A stretch of DNA of 61,158 nucleotides, filler included. It is 7 parts of 7 records of this genome, joined end to end, with 100 filler letters (N's around TTAATTAATTAA, not from the genome) between each part and the next. Parts side by side here need not be neighbours in the genome. Positions count along the whole stretch, not along the records: positions 19,920 to 34,934 come from SRR20825010_5374; positions 35,035 to 42,831 come from SRR20825010_5377; 5 more parts are not named here. The stretch is one strand, 5' to 3'. Below the pieces are notes generated by a model. That model had not been told where the DNA came from. It made no database searches and worked only from the letters and a program-made list of their open reading frames with translations. Of this stretch, positions 30,305-39,787 are shown piece by piece. Within the stretch, counting starts at the first letter, position 1, and every line of letters starts with the position of its first letter. A program made the translations under genes and the position numbers.

Positions 30305-32509
30305 TTAAATTCTGGTCACTTTATCTATACCTTCGACCTGCTTTAAATTGTTCATCAGCCGTTGTAGGATATTATTGTTTTTTACCACGAGCGTAATTTT
30401 TCCCTTGAAGGTTCCGCCATCTGCACTAAAATTGAGGTTCCTCATATTTACGTGCATATTTTCCGAAATAATTTTGGTGATATCCTTTACCAGACCCATG
30501 TTGTCGATGCCCGTGATTTGGATGTCGACGGAAAATTCTTCTTGAGATGAATCTATCCATTTTGCACTAATGATGCGGTAGGCATAGTTGGACTGAAGTG
30601 AAATAGCATTGGGACAGTTCTTTTTATGAACTTTAATGCCATCGTTTACACTTACGAAGCCAAATACCTCGTCCCCAGGTATGGGGTTGCAGCATTGTGA
30701 CAATTTATAGTTGAGCCTTTCTTCCTCTTTACCAAAAACAAGCAGATCGTATTTGGTGGTAATCTCATTTCTGTCAACATCTTTTGGGGTAGGACTTTTA
30801 CGTATCCTGTTTTTGAAGAAATTGATAAATGCGTTGTGATAGGACGAAGAGAAATCTTTCAACTTGTCGTTGTCAATGACCCCTATGCCGACCCGGTAGA
30901 AAAGGTCCAAACTGGTTTTTAGTTTGAAAAAGGTCACCAATTTGTTCACGGTGTCCTCGTTCAGGTTAATTTTCTGTGCCTTGAGTTTGCGGCGTAGAAT
31001 TTCCTTCCCTTCTTCGGCGACTTCTTTTTTCTCCTCGCTTAGCGATGATTTGATTTTGGAACGTGCGCGGGCCGTTTCGGCATAGTCCAACCATGTTTGT
31101 GTAGGTTTGGCACTTTCGGAGGTGATGATCTCAACCTGATCGCCACTTCTTAGTTTTGTTCCCAGCGGAACCAATTTTCCATTGACCTTGGCACCACGGG
31201 TCTTCATCCCAATTTCCGTATGGATATTGAAAGCGAAATCCAAAGCCGTCGCCCCTTTCGGCATGGATTTTAAATCTCCTTTGGGAGTGAATACGAATAT
31301 TTCTTTGGAGTAAAGGTTGAGCTTAAATTCCTCCACAAAATCAACCGCGTTGCCATTGGCGCTTTCCAATGCTTCCTGTAATTTGTTCAGCCACTCCTCG
31401 ATACCTTGCTCTTTTTGCGCTCCGTGCTTGTATTTAAAGTGGGCGGCATATCCTTTTTCGGCAATCTCGTGCATGCGCTCACTTCGAATCTGTACTTCTA
31501 CCCATTTGCCCTTGGGGCCCATAACGGTAATGTGAAGTGCTTCGTAACCCGTAGATTTTGGTGAGGTAATCCAGTCGCGTAAACGGATAGGGTTGGGAGT
31601 AAAGTGATCGGTAACTATGGAGTAAATTTTCCAGGCAAGGAACTTTTCGTTTTTCTTGTCCGATTTATAGATGATACGGATTGCGAATTTGTCATATACT
31701 TCATCAAAGGTGACGTTTTGTGTCTTCATCTTTTTACGGATGGAGAAAATGGACTTCATCCTGCCCTTGATAAAATAATTGAGTCCCTCTTTATCCAAAG
31801 ATGTCCTGATCACATTGGAAAAATCCTCGATATAGGCCAAGCTCTCTTCTTCGGTGTCCTCTATTTTGGCATAAATGTCGTTGTAGACCTCTGGTTCCGT
31901 ATACTTTAGGGAAAGGTCCTCCAAATGGGTTTTGATGTTGTACAGCCCAATTCTATGGGCCAGTGGCGCATAGATGTAGAGGGTTTCCGACGCAATCTTC
32001 ACTTGTTTGTGCTCCGGCATGGAATCCATGGTGAGCATATTGTGGTAACGGTCGGCTATCTTGATGATGATTACCCGAACGTCATCATGCAGGGTCAGCA
32101 GCATTTTACGGAAGTTTTCCGCTTGCTGACTTATATCCTTGTCCTTTTTAAGGTGAGCAATTTTGGTGAGTCCATCCACAATCCGGGCAACCGTCTCACC
32201 GAACATCCGCTCAATATCGGCCAATGTATAGGCGGTATCCTCAACTACATCGTGCAGCAGGGCAGAGGAAATGGAAACGGCATCCAGGCCTATTTCCGAA
32301 GCTACGATCTTAGCCACGGCAATGGGGTGGAAGATGTAGGCTTCCCCGGATTTTCTTCGCTGGTCCTTGTGGGCGTCAACGGCCACATCAAAGGCGGAAC
32401 GAATCAACTTCTTGTCCTCGTCCGTCAATGTTTGGTAGCTTATGCGAAGTAATTCCTTGTACTGCTTCGCAATCTCCTTGTTCTCTTTTTCAATAGCAGC
32501 CTCTGTCAT
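30305..32509 (-). CDS. spoT: Bifunctional (p)ppGpp synthetase/hydrolase (RelA/SpoT family)
   Basis: Intact HD motif LLHDVVED, RKSGEAYIFHP, synthetase GYEALH...EVQIRS, TGS domain (FTPKG) and C-terminal ACT domain. Confidence 0.93.
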   Translation of the reverse strand: MTEAAIEKENKEIAKQYKELLRISYQTLTDEDKKLIRSAFDVAVDAHKDQRRKSGEAYIFHPIAVAKIVASEIGLDAVSISSALLHDVVEDTAYTLADIERMFGETVARIVDGLTKIAHLKKDKDISQQAENFRKMLLTLHDDVRVIIIKIADRYHNMLTMDSMPEHKQVKIASETLYIYAPLAHRIGLYNIKTHLEDLSLKYTEPEVYNDIYAKIEDTEEESLAYIEDFSNVIRTSLDKEGLNYFIKGRMKSIFSIRKKMKTQNVTFDEVYDKFAIRIIYKSDKKNEKFLAWKIYSIVTDHFTPNPIRLRDWITSPKSTGYEALHITVMGPKGKWVEVQIRSERMHEIAEKGYAAHFKYKHGAQKEQGIEEWLNKLQEALESANGNAVDFVEEFKLNLYSKEIFVFTPKGDLKSMPKGATALDFAFNIHTEIGMKTRGAKVNGKLVPLGTKLRSGDQVEIITSESAKPTQTWLDYAETARARSKIKSSLSEEKKEVAEEGKEILRRKLKAQKINLNEDTVNKLVTFFKLKTSLDLFYRVGIGVIDNDKLKDFSSSYHNAFINFFKNRIRKSPTPKDVDRNEITTKYDLLVFGKEEERLNYKLSQCCNPIPGDEVFGFVSVNDGIKVHKKNCPNAISLQSNYAYRIISAKWIDSSQEEFSVDIQITGIDNMGLVKDITKIISENMHVNMRNLNFSADGGTFKGKITLVVKNNNILQRLMNNLKQVEGIDKVTRI

Positions 32510-32553
32510 AGTATATTAAATTTACTATAATCTTATTATCTAAACAACAAAAA

Positions 32554-33786
32554 CTATGCCTTTAGGTTTCGGATACGTTCCACTAAAGGGGGGTGCGAAT
32601 AGTGCACAAATACGTAAGCTGGGTGAGGTGTTAAATTGCTCAAACTCTTTTTGGACAACTTTTTTAAGGAAGAGACCAAAGGGGTTGCCGCAAAAGTATT
32701 TTTCGCAAAGTCATCCGCCTGAAATTCGAATTTTCGAGATAAATAGTTCATAATCAATCCAGTGACTTCGGATATTGGACTGTATAACAATGCAAACCCG
32801 ACCAATGCCGCATGGAAACTTGGTGTGGAGACCCCAATGGCCAAGGATATTTCTGGATGGTTGATGAACAATGAAAGAACGAACAACGTCAAACCTGTGG
32901 TCAATAGCGAAACTACAAGATTTACAATAATATGGTTGCGTTTATAGTGACCTACTTCGTGAGCTAATACAGCCACAATTTCATCTTCGCTAAGGTCGTT
33001 GATCAAGGTGTCGAACAAAGTGATTCTTTTCTCTTTTCCAAATCCTGAAAAATAGGCATTTGCTTTTGTGGATCGCTTGGAACCATCGATCACAAATATA
33101 TTTTGAAGCTCGAACCCGACTTTTTGCGCATAATTTTCAATGGAACTTTTTAGACTACCATCTTCAAGCGGTGTCTGTTTGTTGAAGATGGGAACAATCA
33201 ATCGGCTATAAAATAGGTTGATAAACAAAATGAAGATTCCAACGGCAATCCATGCGTAGATCCAAAAATATTGCCCTGTGGATTGATAGAACAACATGAA
33301 CAATGTCAAAATCCCTCCTCCAAGAACAACGGTTAGAATGCTGCCCTTAATTTTATCGGTGAAAAAAGTGGATTTTGTTGTTTTGTTGAACCCATATTCT
33401 TCCTCGATCACAAATGTTCGGTAATAAGAGAATGGAAGTCCCAAAATGGCACTTCCCAGCATAACGATTCCAAAGAAAATCAATGCCATCGGAATGGGTT
33501 TTTCAGTGATGGAACGCGTGAGTTGGTCCACCCATTCAAAACCTCCTAAAGCAAGAAAGCAGATGGTCAGAATCAATGAAAAGCCATCCGAAATGACTCC
33601 AAATTTATAATTGATTTTCTTGTATTGTTGCGATTTTTGATATTCCTGTTCATCAAACACATCGGCAAGTTCTGGTGGCAAAGCCGATTTGAAACGCTTG
33701 GCATTCAAGTGTTCCAAATACTGGTGAGCCAGGTATTGGACCACAAGTATGGCCAGAATGATATAAAAGAGTACATTTTTTTCCAT
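32554..33786 (-). CDS. M48 family (Ste24/HtpX-like) membrane metallopeptidase
   Basis: DGSKRSTKANAYF, AHEVGH zinc motif, EFQAD and HYSHPP. Confidence 0.93.
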   Translation of the reverse strand: MEKNVLFYIILAILVVQYLAHQYLEHLNAKRFKSALPPELADVFDEQEYQKSQQYKKINYKFGVISDGFSLILTICFLALGGFEWVDQLTRSITEKPIPMALIFFGIVMLGSAILGLPFSYYRTFVIEEEYGFNKTTKSTFFTDKIKGSILTVVLGGGILTLFMLFYQSTGQYFWIYAWIAVGIFILFINLFYSRLIVPIFNKQTPLEDGSLKSSIENYAQKVGFELQNIFVIDGSKRSTKANAYFSGFGKEKRITLFDTLINDLSEDEIVAVLAHEVGHYKRNHIIVNLVVSLLTTGLTLFVLSLFINHPEISLAIGVSTPSFHAALVGFALLYSPISEVTGLIMNYLSRKFEFQADDFAKNTFAATPLVSSLKKLSKKSLSNLTPHPAYVFVHYSHPPLVERIRNLKA

Positions 33787-33789
33787 AGC

Positions 33790-34590
33790 TTAAAATCCGC
33801 GCTGGCGCTTCGCCTCAAATATAAGTATTGCAGCGGATACCGAAACATTCATGGAGTCTATTTCTCCTTGCATCGGTATAATTATGTTTTGGTCGGAATT
33901 TTGAAGCCATTTTTCTGTCAATCCAGTAGCTTCCGTACCCATTACAAGGGCAGAAGCGGCTTTAAAATCGCACTCCACATAATTTTTGGAAGCGGTGAGG
34001 GCGGCACAGTAGATTTTGATTTGGTTGGTTTGTAAAAAATCAATGATTTCGTCCGTTGTTCCTACGCCAATCTGATTGGTAAACAGGCAGCCCACGCTGG
34101 AACGGATAATATTCGGACTATATAGGTCTGATTTGGGGTTTGCTATTAAAACGGCATCCACGGCTGCGGCATCCGCAGTGCGCAAAAGCGCGCCGATGTT
34201 TCCTGGTTTTTCTGTGGCTTCGGCCACCAGTACCAAAGGTGTTTCATCTTTGAAAACGATGTTTGCCAGCGTATGGTCTTTGGAACGCATCAAGCCCATG
34301 ATGCCTTCGGTGGTCCCCCGATGGGCAATTTTACCGTAAACACTTTCGGAAACTTGGATAATTTCTTGGTCGGAAGTCTTGGTAAAAGCTTCAACGGAGC
34401 TGGAACCCATCAGTTCTGGACAATAGAGAAGCGTTTGCAAAACATAGCCTCCCTTTTGCGCCAATTCAATCTCCCGTTGGCCTTCTACCACAAAAACTCC
34501 TGCTTTTCTTCGTTCACGGGACTTTTCTTTGAGTTGCAGAATCTTTTTTACCAAGGGATTCTGGGCACTGCTGATGAATTTAGCTTCCAT
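33790..34590 (-). CDS. TrmH/SpoU family RNA methyltransferase
   Basis: EKPGNIGALLRTADA, MGTEATGL and IPMQGEIDSMNVSVSAAI motifs. Confidence 0.93.
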   Translation of the reverse strand: MEAKFISSAQNPLVKKILQLKEKSRERRKAGVFVVEGQREIELAQKGGYVLQTLLYCPELMGSSSVEAFTKTSDQEIIQVSESVYGKIAHRGTTEGIMGLMRSKDHTLANIVFKDETPLVLVAEATEKPGNIGALLRTADAAAVDAVLIANPKSDLYSPNIIRSSVGCLFTNQIGVGTTDEIIDFLQTNQIKIYCAALTASKNYVECDFKAASALVMGTEATGLTEKWLQNSDQNIIIPMQGEIDSMNVSVSAAILIFEAKRQRGF

Positions 34591-34658
34591 AGGGGGTAAA
34601 AATAGCCATTCCTGTAATTATAAAAAGGGCTTTTCGACCAACTGGTAAAATTTAATCC

Positions 34659-34934
34659 ATGAACAAATTAACCATCCTATTACTTTTTATTGGCCTAACC
34701 GCCTGTAAACAAAATCTCAAAACAGAAAAAAATGAAACGCCAGTTCAGCAGGAACTGCTTGTTGATGAAGCTGTTTACCCTGATGCCTTGACGAAAGTTT
34801 TTGATGCACATGGAGGTTTGAAACAATGGAAGTCGCAACGAACAATATCCTTTGTGCTGCCAAAACCAAACCAGTCCGAAACCCATACCATTGATTTATG
34901 GTCCCGAAAGGATAGAATTGACACGGAACAATTT
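34659..34934 (+). CDS. Lipoprotein (DUF6503-like), truncated
   Basis: Lipobox LTAC and the AHGGLKQW motif. Confidence 0.6.
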
Positions 34935-35034
34935 NNNNNNNNNNNNNNNNNNNNNNNNNNNNNNNNNNNNNNNNNNNNTTAATTAATTAANNNNNNNNNN
35001 NNNNNNNNNNNNNNNNNNNNNNNNNNNNNNNNNN
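34935..35034. other. Artificial contig spacer
   Basis: N44-TTAATTAATTAA-N44. Confidence 0.98.
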
Positions 35035-35490
35035 CGCTCGACAAATTGGGTCGGTTCTGTTTCGGATGGTACCGAGATATGGTACTACCCCTATAAGTAC
35101 AAAGTAAATACCAATACGGCCACCACGGAGGAGTGCTCCATTCTTTTTCGTTTGGCAGAACTCCATTTGATTGCAGCCGAGGCCGCCGTACAATCAGGGG
35201 ATATGGAATTGGCCATGGAATATATCAATATGCTACGGGAAAGGGCAGGTCTCTCCATGATCTCATCGACGGATCGAGCCAGCTTATTGGATGCCATTCA
35301 GAGGGAACGACAGGTGGAGCTCTTTACGGAACAGGGCCATCGTTTTTTCGACTTAAAGCGAACAGGAAGAATAGATGGGACACTTGCCCCAATAAAGCCC
35401 AATTGGCAGCATACGGATGCACTATTGCCCATACCGGAATCAGAATTATTGCTCAACCCCAACCTAGAGCCCCAGAATGAAGGATATTGA
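35035..35490 (+). CDS. RagB/SusD family outer-membrane protein, C-terminal part
   Basis: Frame is open from the contig start: LFRLAELHLIAAEA...ERQVELFTEQGHRFFDLKRTG...LPIPESE...NPNL..QNEGY. Confidence 0.92.
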   Translation, partial: RSTNWVGSVSDGTEIWYYPYKYKVNTNTATTEECSILFRLAELHLIAAEAAVQSGDMELAMEYINMLRERAGLSMISSTDRASLLDAIQRERQVELFTEQGHRFFDLKRTGRIDGTLAPIKPNWQHTDALLPIPESELLLNPNLEPQNEGY

Positions 35491-37777
35491 TAGAAATACA
35501 AACGGATTGTTGTTTAACAAGGTAAAACAGGTACTTGTAATATATAACAGGAATGTTTTGTTTTCTGTGATTGTTTGGCTAGTGGTCTGTCCCATCATGG
35601 GGCAGACCGATTCCAAACTAAGGGGACATTTAGAAGGAGAGCGACTTATAATGACCTTGGACGAAAACACACTGGGAAAACCGATGCTATTAGTCAAGCA
35701 TGGGGCATCGGACCAATACCAGGTCAGATGGTCCAAGAAAGCTGACTACCTAGTATTGGAGGCTCCTCCAGTATATTCCCTTGCCGGGGTGCTGATTCCA
35801 CAAGGAGCGAATGGAACAACCCCAATTTTGGGACGGTTTCCGATAGAATCCAGTATACGCCAAAAGGGCTACCTACAAGTGGATTTGACCGATTTTGTCC
35901 TTCTGGCCTCGATTTCGTGGCAGGGCAACGGTCAAGAATCAGTGGATAGACAACGATCCTATGTTGATGGAGTGTATAATTTGGACAAGGAAGTGGTCAT
36001 CAGTACAAAAAGAACAATACTAAAAAATGGTAAGCGCATCAGCACAGTGGCGGATTTCAGTTTTTATTTGTTGCCCGAGCCCATGAAGCCCAGATTGTTT
36101 GACCATCGTATGGGCTTTTTTGGTGAATACATAACGGATGTCCTGAACCATAATCCAAAGCCTGCAGTAGCGAGTATCATGCGTTGGCGTTTGGAAAAGA
36201 AAGACAAAACCCAAAAGATGTGTGAGCCTGAAAGACCCATTGTCTTCTATTTGGATAGGGCCATCCCCGAAAAATGGAAACCCTATATACGTGCTGGTAT
36301 ATTGGAATGGGAGCCGGCCTTTGAAGCTGCTGGTTTCAAGAATGCTTTGGTCATTAAGGAGCTAGGTTCAAAGGATACCCTCATTCCTGACAACGCTATG
36401 GCTCGATCGATGATACGATGGAATATGGATGAAGGCATACGAAAGGAGCGGCGATCCAGCTCCACCGTTCACCAAATCACGGATTTTCGGACAGGAGAGA
36501 TTCTCAAAGCCGACATTATTTTGGCAGGCACTTTAGCCTATTTGGTAGATCAGTATTTCATCCGTTGTGCGCCTTTGGACCCCAGGGCCCGACAATACCT
36601 GGTACCAGATAGCCTTAAGGGGGAACTATTACAATATATCACCGCTCATGAAGCCGGTCATGCCTTTGGTATCAAGGATGCCAATTTTGGAGAGTACGCC
36701 TATCCTATTGAAAAAACAAGGGATAGGGATTGGCTCAAGACCATGGGACATACCCCGAGTATTATGGGTTATGCACGCCACAATTATGTGGTCCAGCCCG
36801 AGGATGGAATCCCCCCTTCATTGCTTATCCAAAAAGTAGGTCCCATGGATCAATACCACATTCAATGGGGATACCGGGAAATTCAAAATGTTCGGCGGTC
36901 GAGCGATGAGCTTCCCATACTGGAACACTTGGTACGGCAACAGGACAGTGTACCCTGGTACCGATACAATCTCAATCAATATGAAAGGGTCGGACCAGGA
37001 ACCCTAAATAATGTGATGGACAATGACAATCCTATTGAAAGTACGCGTTTGGGCCTTAAGAATATGGAACGAGTGATGAAAATACTGGATGAAATGTACC
37101 ACAGTGGAAAAATGGATAGGTCAGTTCTGGAAAGAAGGTATACAGCGACATTGGAACTATGGTATGGGGAGATGCAACATGTTTTGAGCTTGGTTGGCGG
37201 TTATTCGATTCAGTACAGGTCCCTTGGACAACAAGGGAGAGTGTACAACCCCATTGATAGGGAGGACCAAGAGCAAGCATTGTCTTTTTTTATAGAACAT
37301 GTGATTAACCCACCACATTGGTTGACACATCCCAATTTCCTTATTGGTAATCGGTTTTCCACTCATCCAGATGAATTGATGGATTACCAACAAAAGCTTG
37401 TACTGAAACTGTTCGGACCGCACCGAATGAAACGATTGGAGTGGATGGAGGAAGCCCTGGGTTTTAGGGATTTGACCGAACAGGTTTTAATGGGTTTTCA
37501 AACAACGCTTTTCCAAACAAAAGGTATCAACGACCGTCGACGTCAAGCGCTACAAAAAGGATTTATTGCCCTATTGGTCAAGGTAATTGGGGAAGGGATG
37601 GGCCACTCGGACAAACTGGGCAACTTTGGATATTCTGAACGGGTCAAGGGATTTTTTATGAAAGCCTATACCACATTGAAAACTGATTTGGAACTTTCCC
37701 TGGAGCGTAATTCATTTTCCCGCAATGCAGGTCATTTAAGACATTGTCTCCTGATTATGGAGCAAGCGTTCCCCTAG
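35477..37777 (+). CDS. Zinc-dependent metalloprotease (DUF5117/DUF4953, metzincin-like)
   Basis: PMKPRLFDHRMGFF, RWRLEKKD, G..EW..AFE.AGF, AHEAGHAFG zinc motif and SIMGY Met-turn. Exact start uncertain. Confidence 0.85.
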   Translation: MKDIDRNTNGLLFNKVKQVLVIYNRNVLFSVIVWLVVCPIMGQTDSKLRGHLEGERLIMTLDENTLGKPMLLVKHGASDQYQVRWSKKADYLVLEAPPVYSLAGVLIPQGANGTTPILGRFPIESSIRQKGYLQVDLTDFVLLASISWQGNGQESVDRQRSYVDGVYNLDKEVVISTKRTILKNGKRISTVADFSFYLLPEPMKPRLFDHRMGFFGEYITDVLNHNPKPAVASIMRWRLEKKDKTQKMCEPERPIVFYLDRAIPEKWKPYIRAGILEWEPAFEAAGFKNALVIKELGSKDTLIPDNAMARSMIRWNMDEGIRKERRSSSTVHQITDFRTGEILKADIILAGTLAYLVDQYFIRCAPLDPRARQYLVPDSLKGELLQYITAHEAGHAFGIKDANFGEYAYPIEKTRDRDWLKTMGHTPSIMGYARHNYVVQPEDGIPPSLLIQKVGPMDQYHIQWGYREIQNVRRSSDELPILEHLVRQQDSVPWYRYNLNQYERVGPGTLNNVMDNDNPIESTRLGLKNMERVMKILDEMYHSGKMDRSVLERRYTATLELWYGEMQHVLSLVGGYSIQYRSLGQQGRVYNPIDREDQEQALSFFIEHVINPPHWLTHPNFLIGNRFSTHPDELMDYQQKLVLKLFGPHRMKRLEWMEEALGFRDLTEQVLMGFQTTLFQTKGINDRRRQALQKGFIALLVKVIGEGMGHSDKLGNFGYSERVKGFFMKAYTTLKTDLELSLERNSFSRNAGHLRHCLLIMEQAFP

Positions 37778-37795
37778 ATTTTTGAATTAGTCAAA

Positions 37796-37823
37796 GAAAA
37801 GGAGCCATTATCGGCTCCTTTTC
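37796..37823. terminator. Bidirectional intrinsic terminator between convergent genes
   Basis: GAAAAGGAGCC-ATTATC-GGCTCCTTTTC inverted repeat with A/T tracts on both sides. Confidence 0.8.
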
Positions 37824-37845
37824 CCAATTCTACCATGAAAACAAA

Positions 37846-38097
37846 CTATTGTCTGTAAAGAGGTGTTGTACATGAGGTCCCATTTTTGGCAAAAACGTAT
37901 TCATCATTTTCTGTAGTACATTCTTGCGTACCTTGCGGGGTACATTGTTCATCAACCTTTTGGCATGGGGCCGGGCTATTGATGTAATTTTGGACAAAAG
38001 ATTCATCTACTGTATCGTTTGTCGTAAAGGCGCTGGCTGCGACAGCAAGTACTACAGCCAACCCTGGAATCAGAAATTTTGTTTTACTAAACTTCAT
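37846..38097 (-). CDS. Small secreted 4-cysteine protein (DUF6520-like)
   Basis: Signal peptide MKFSKTKFLIPGLAVVLAVAASA-F; ~60-aa mature part with Cys45, Cys52, Cys60 and Cys76. Confidence 0.8.
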   Translation of the reverse strand: MKFSKTKFLIPGLAVVLAVAASAFTTNDTVDESFVQNYINSPAPCQKVDEQCTPQGTQECTTENDEYVFAKNGTSCTTPLYRQ

Positions 38098-38161
38098 AAT
38101 GATAACATTTAAATTAATACTATGATCTACTCTCTTTTACGGGTTTTCGATCGCATTCCCG

Positions 38162-39262
38162 TTACTGGCCAGTAATATTTTCTTGTTCCCCATAGGGAGT
38201 GTGGTCCACAAACCCTTCCCTAAAATTGTAGACAGAGAGTGCATTGTCAATCAAGGCCACTAGACGGCCATCATTTACACTGAACCCATGGACCTTTTCC
38301 TTTCCCATATGATAGAGGTAGAAGCTATATCTATAGGTAGCATCACTCCAGTTATAAACATCGATGATGGAAGCGACCTTTAGAATTTCCCGATTCTCAT
38401 TTTTACCGAGTCTATCCGATGCTATGAACATAAAGTTTTTGTACATGGTCGCCCTGGTATTGACCACGAGGGGTGGCGATTTCATTTTGGATGTTTTGGA
38501 TCGATCGAGTTGGGCAATCTCAATTCGGGCTTTTTTGACGGTGTCAATCGTCTGTTGTCGTTTCAAGGTTTTTAACCGGGAATCCATGGTCATGAACTGG
38601 TTACGATAGAAGTAAACATATCCCAATCTGGTTTTATCAGGGGTCGTTAGCATGATGCCATCGACATCGAAAACTCCATCAATCTGTCTTTGTAGAATCT
38701 CAGGATGCAGCTCAACAGAGAAATGATCCCTTTTTTCAAGGAGGCCCAATGTGACCGTTCTTGTATCGTTTTGCATGGTTTTTATGTAAATCCTGTTACT
38801 GTCGAGAACCAAGGATTTCGTAAAATAAGCTTCGTTACGCATCCAGGGCCCAGCCACCCAGTTGTTGGTCGAACCACGGAATATATAAGGAATCGAACCG
38901 TCCAACACAAAGAAAAAAGGCGGTTGTACTTGAACATGGACGTTTTTAAAAGGAAGGTCCATATTCGACAATTTTAATTTAACATGTGCCGTATCCCTTG
39001 TGGCCAGATTGATTTTCAAGAGGTGGAGAGGGGCTGTGGAATTACCAAGGTATACCATATCTTTCCCAAGACCTGCGACATAATAGGAATTGAACCCTAG
39101 GTCTATGTCATATTCCTTGATGACAGGATGTGGAGGGAATCTTCGAATGAAAGCATTGTTGCGGTGCACCTGTTCTTCTGAAGAAAGGAACAGGATTACC
39201 ATAAGGCCGATGCTCATTACAATGGTTCCCAGTAGTTTTATGTAAACATTGTTCAACATCAT
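38162..39262 (-). CDS. Membrane-anchored exported protein, beta-rich; partner of the MauE/DoxX protein
   Basis: Single N-terminal TM helix, then N.F.R.FP, FDVDG and SIIDVY...Y.YSFY motifs. Translationally coupled to the MauE gene by an ATGA overlap. Confidence 0.7.
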   Translation of the reverse strand: MMLNNVYIKLLGTIVMSIGLMVILFLSSEEQVHRNNAFIRRFPPHPVIKEYDIDLGFNSYYVAGLGKDMVYLGNSTAPLHLLKINLATRDTAHVKLKLSNMDLPFKNVHVQVQPPFFFVLDGSIPYIFRGSTNNWVAGPWMRNEAYFTKSLVLDSNRIYIKTMQNDTRTVTLGLLEKRDHFSVELHPEILQRQIDGVFDVDGIMLTTPDKTRLGYVYFYRNQFMTMDSRLKTLKRQQTIDTVKKARIEIAQLDRSKTSKMKSPPLVVNTRATMYKNFMFIASDRLGKNENREILKVASIIDVYNWSDATYRYSFYLYHMGKEKVHGFSVNDGRLVALIDNALSVYNFREGFVDHTPYGEQENITGQ

Positions 39263-39711
39263 ATTGAGATTGGTTTACGGGTTGAATAGTTTGTCAATTG
39301 TAGGATGGCAATAATGGAAAGCACCCAAAAGAACAGATTAAATACAATGTGCTCCGTCCATCCTAAATCTTCCAGAACTCCCCCACAGGAGCAAGGGATG
39401 TAGTCACTTAAGTTCAGCACCAATATGATATAGGTTGTGAACATAGTCATCAGGCCCAATGTCATAAAAAGAGCCTTATATCGGGTGGATTTCATTGATA
39501 ATAGTATGGCCAGCATATATTCAGCAAGTGGAACAAGCCATGCCACCCAATTTGCGTATGCTGTCAATATTGGAGATTGCCCCAATTGTACCCTGAACTG
39601 TTCAAAGTCCATCAGTTTGCTTGTGGCCGCATATACAAAAAGCAAAACATATAGGAAGCATATCAGCTCTACGATGACTCCCTTAGCTTTTATGTTTTTT
39701 ACACTGTACAT
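39259..39711 (-). CDS. MauE/DoxX family redox-associated membrane protein
   Basis: LFVYAATSKL.DF..F..QL.QSP, four TM helices and the PCSCGGVL...W..H..FN motif. Confidence 0.9.
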   Translation of the reverse strand: MYSVKNIKAKGVIVELICFLYVLLFVYAATSKLMDFEQFRVQLGQSPILTAYANWVAWLVPLAEYMLAILLSMKSTRYKALFMTLGLMTMFTTYIILVLNLSDYIPCSCGGVLEDLGWTEHIVFNLFFWVLSIIAILQLTNYSTRKPISI

Positions 39712-39787
39712 TGTAACTATCTGATTTACAATGTAAAATTAAGAAGTGTGATGGATCCCTAAGGGATTATTTTGGCTCTGAGAAGGA

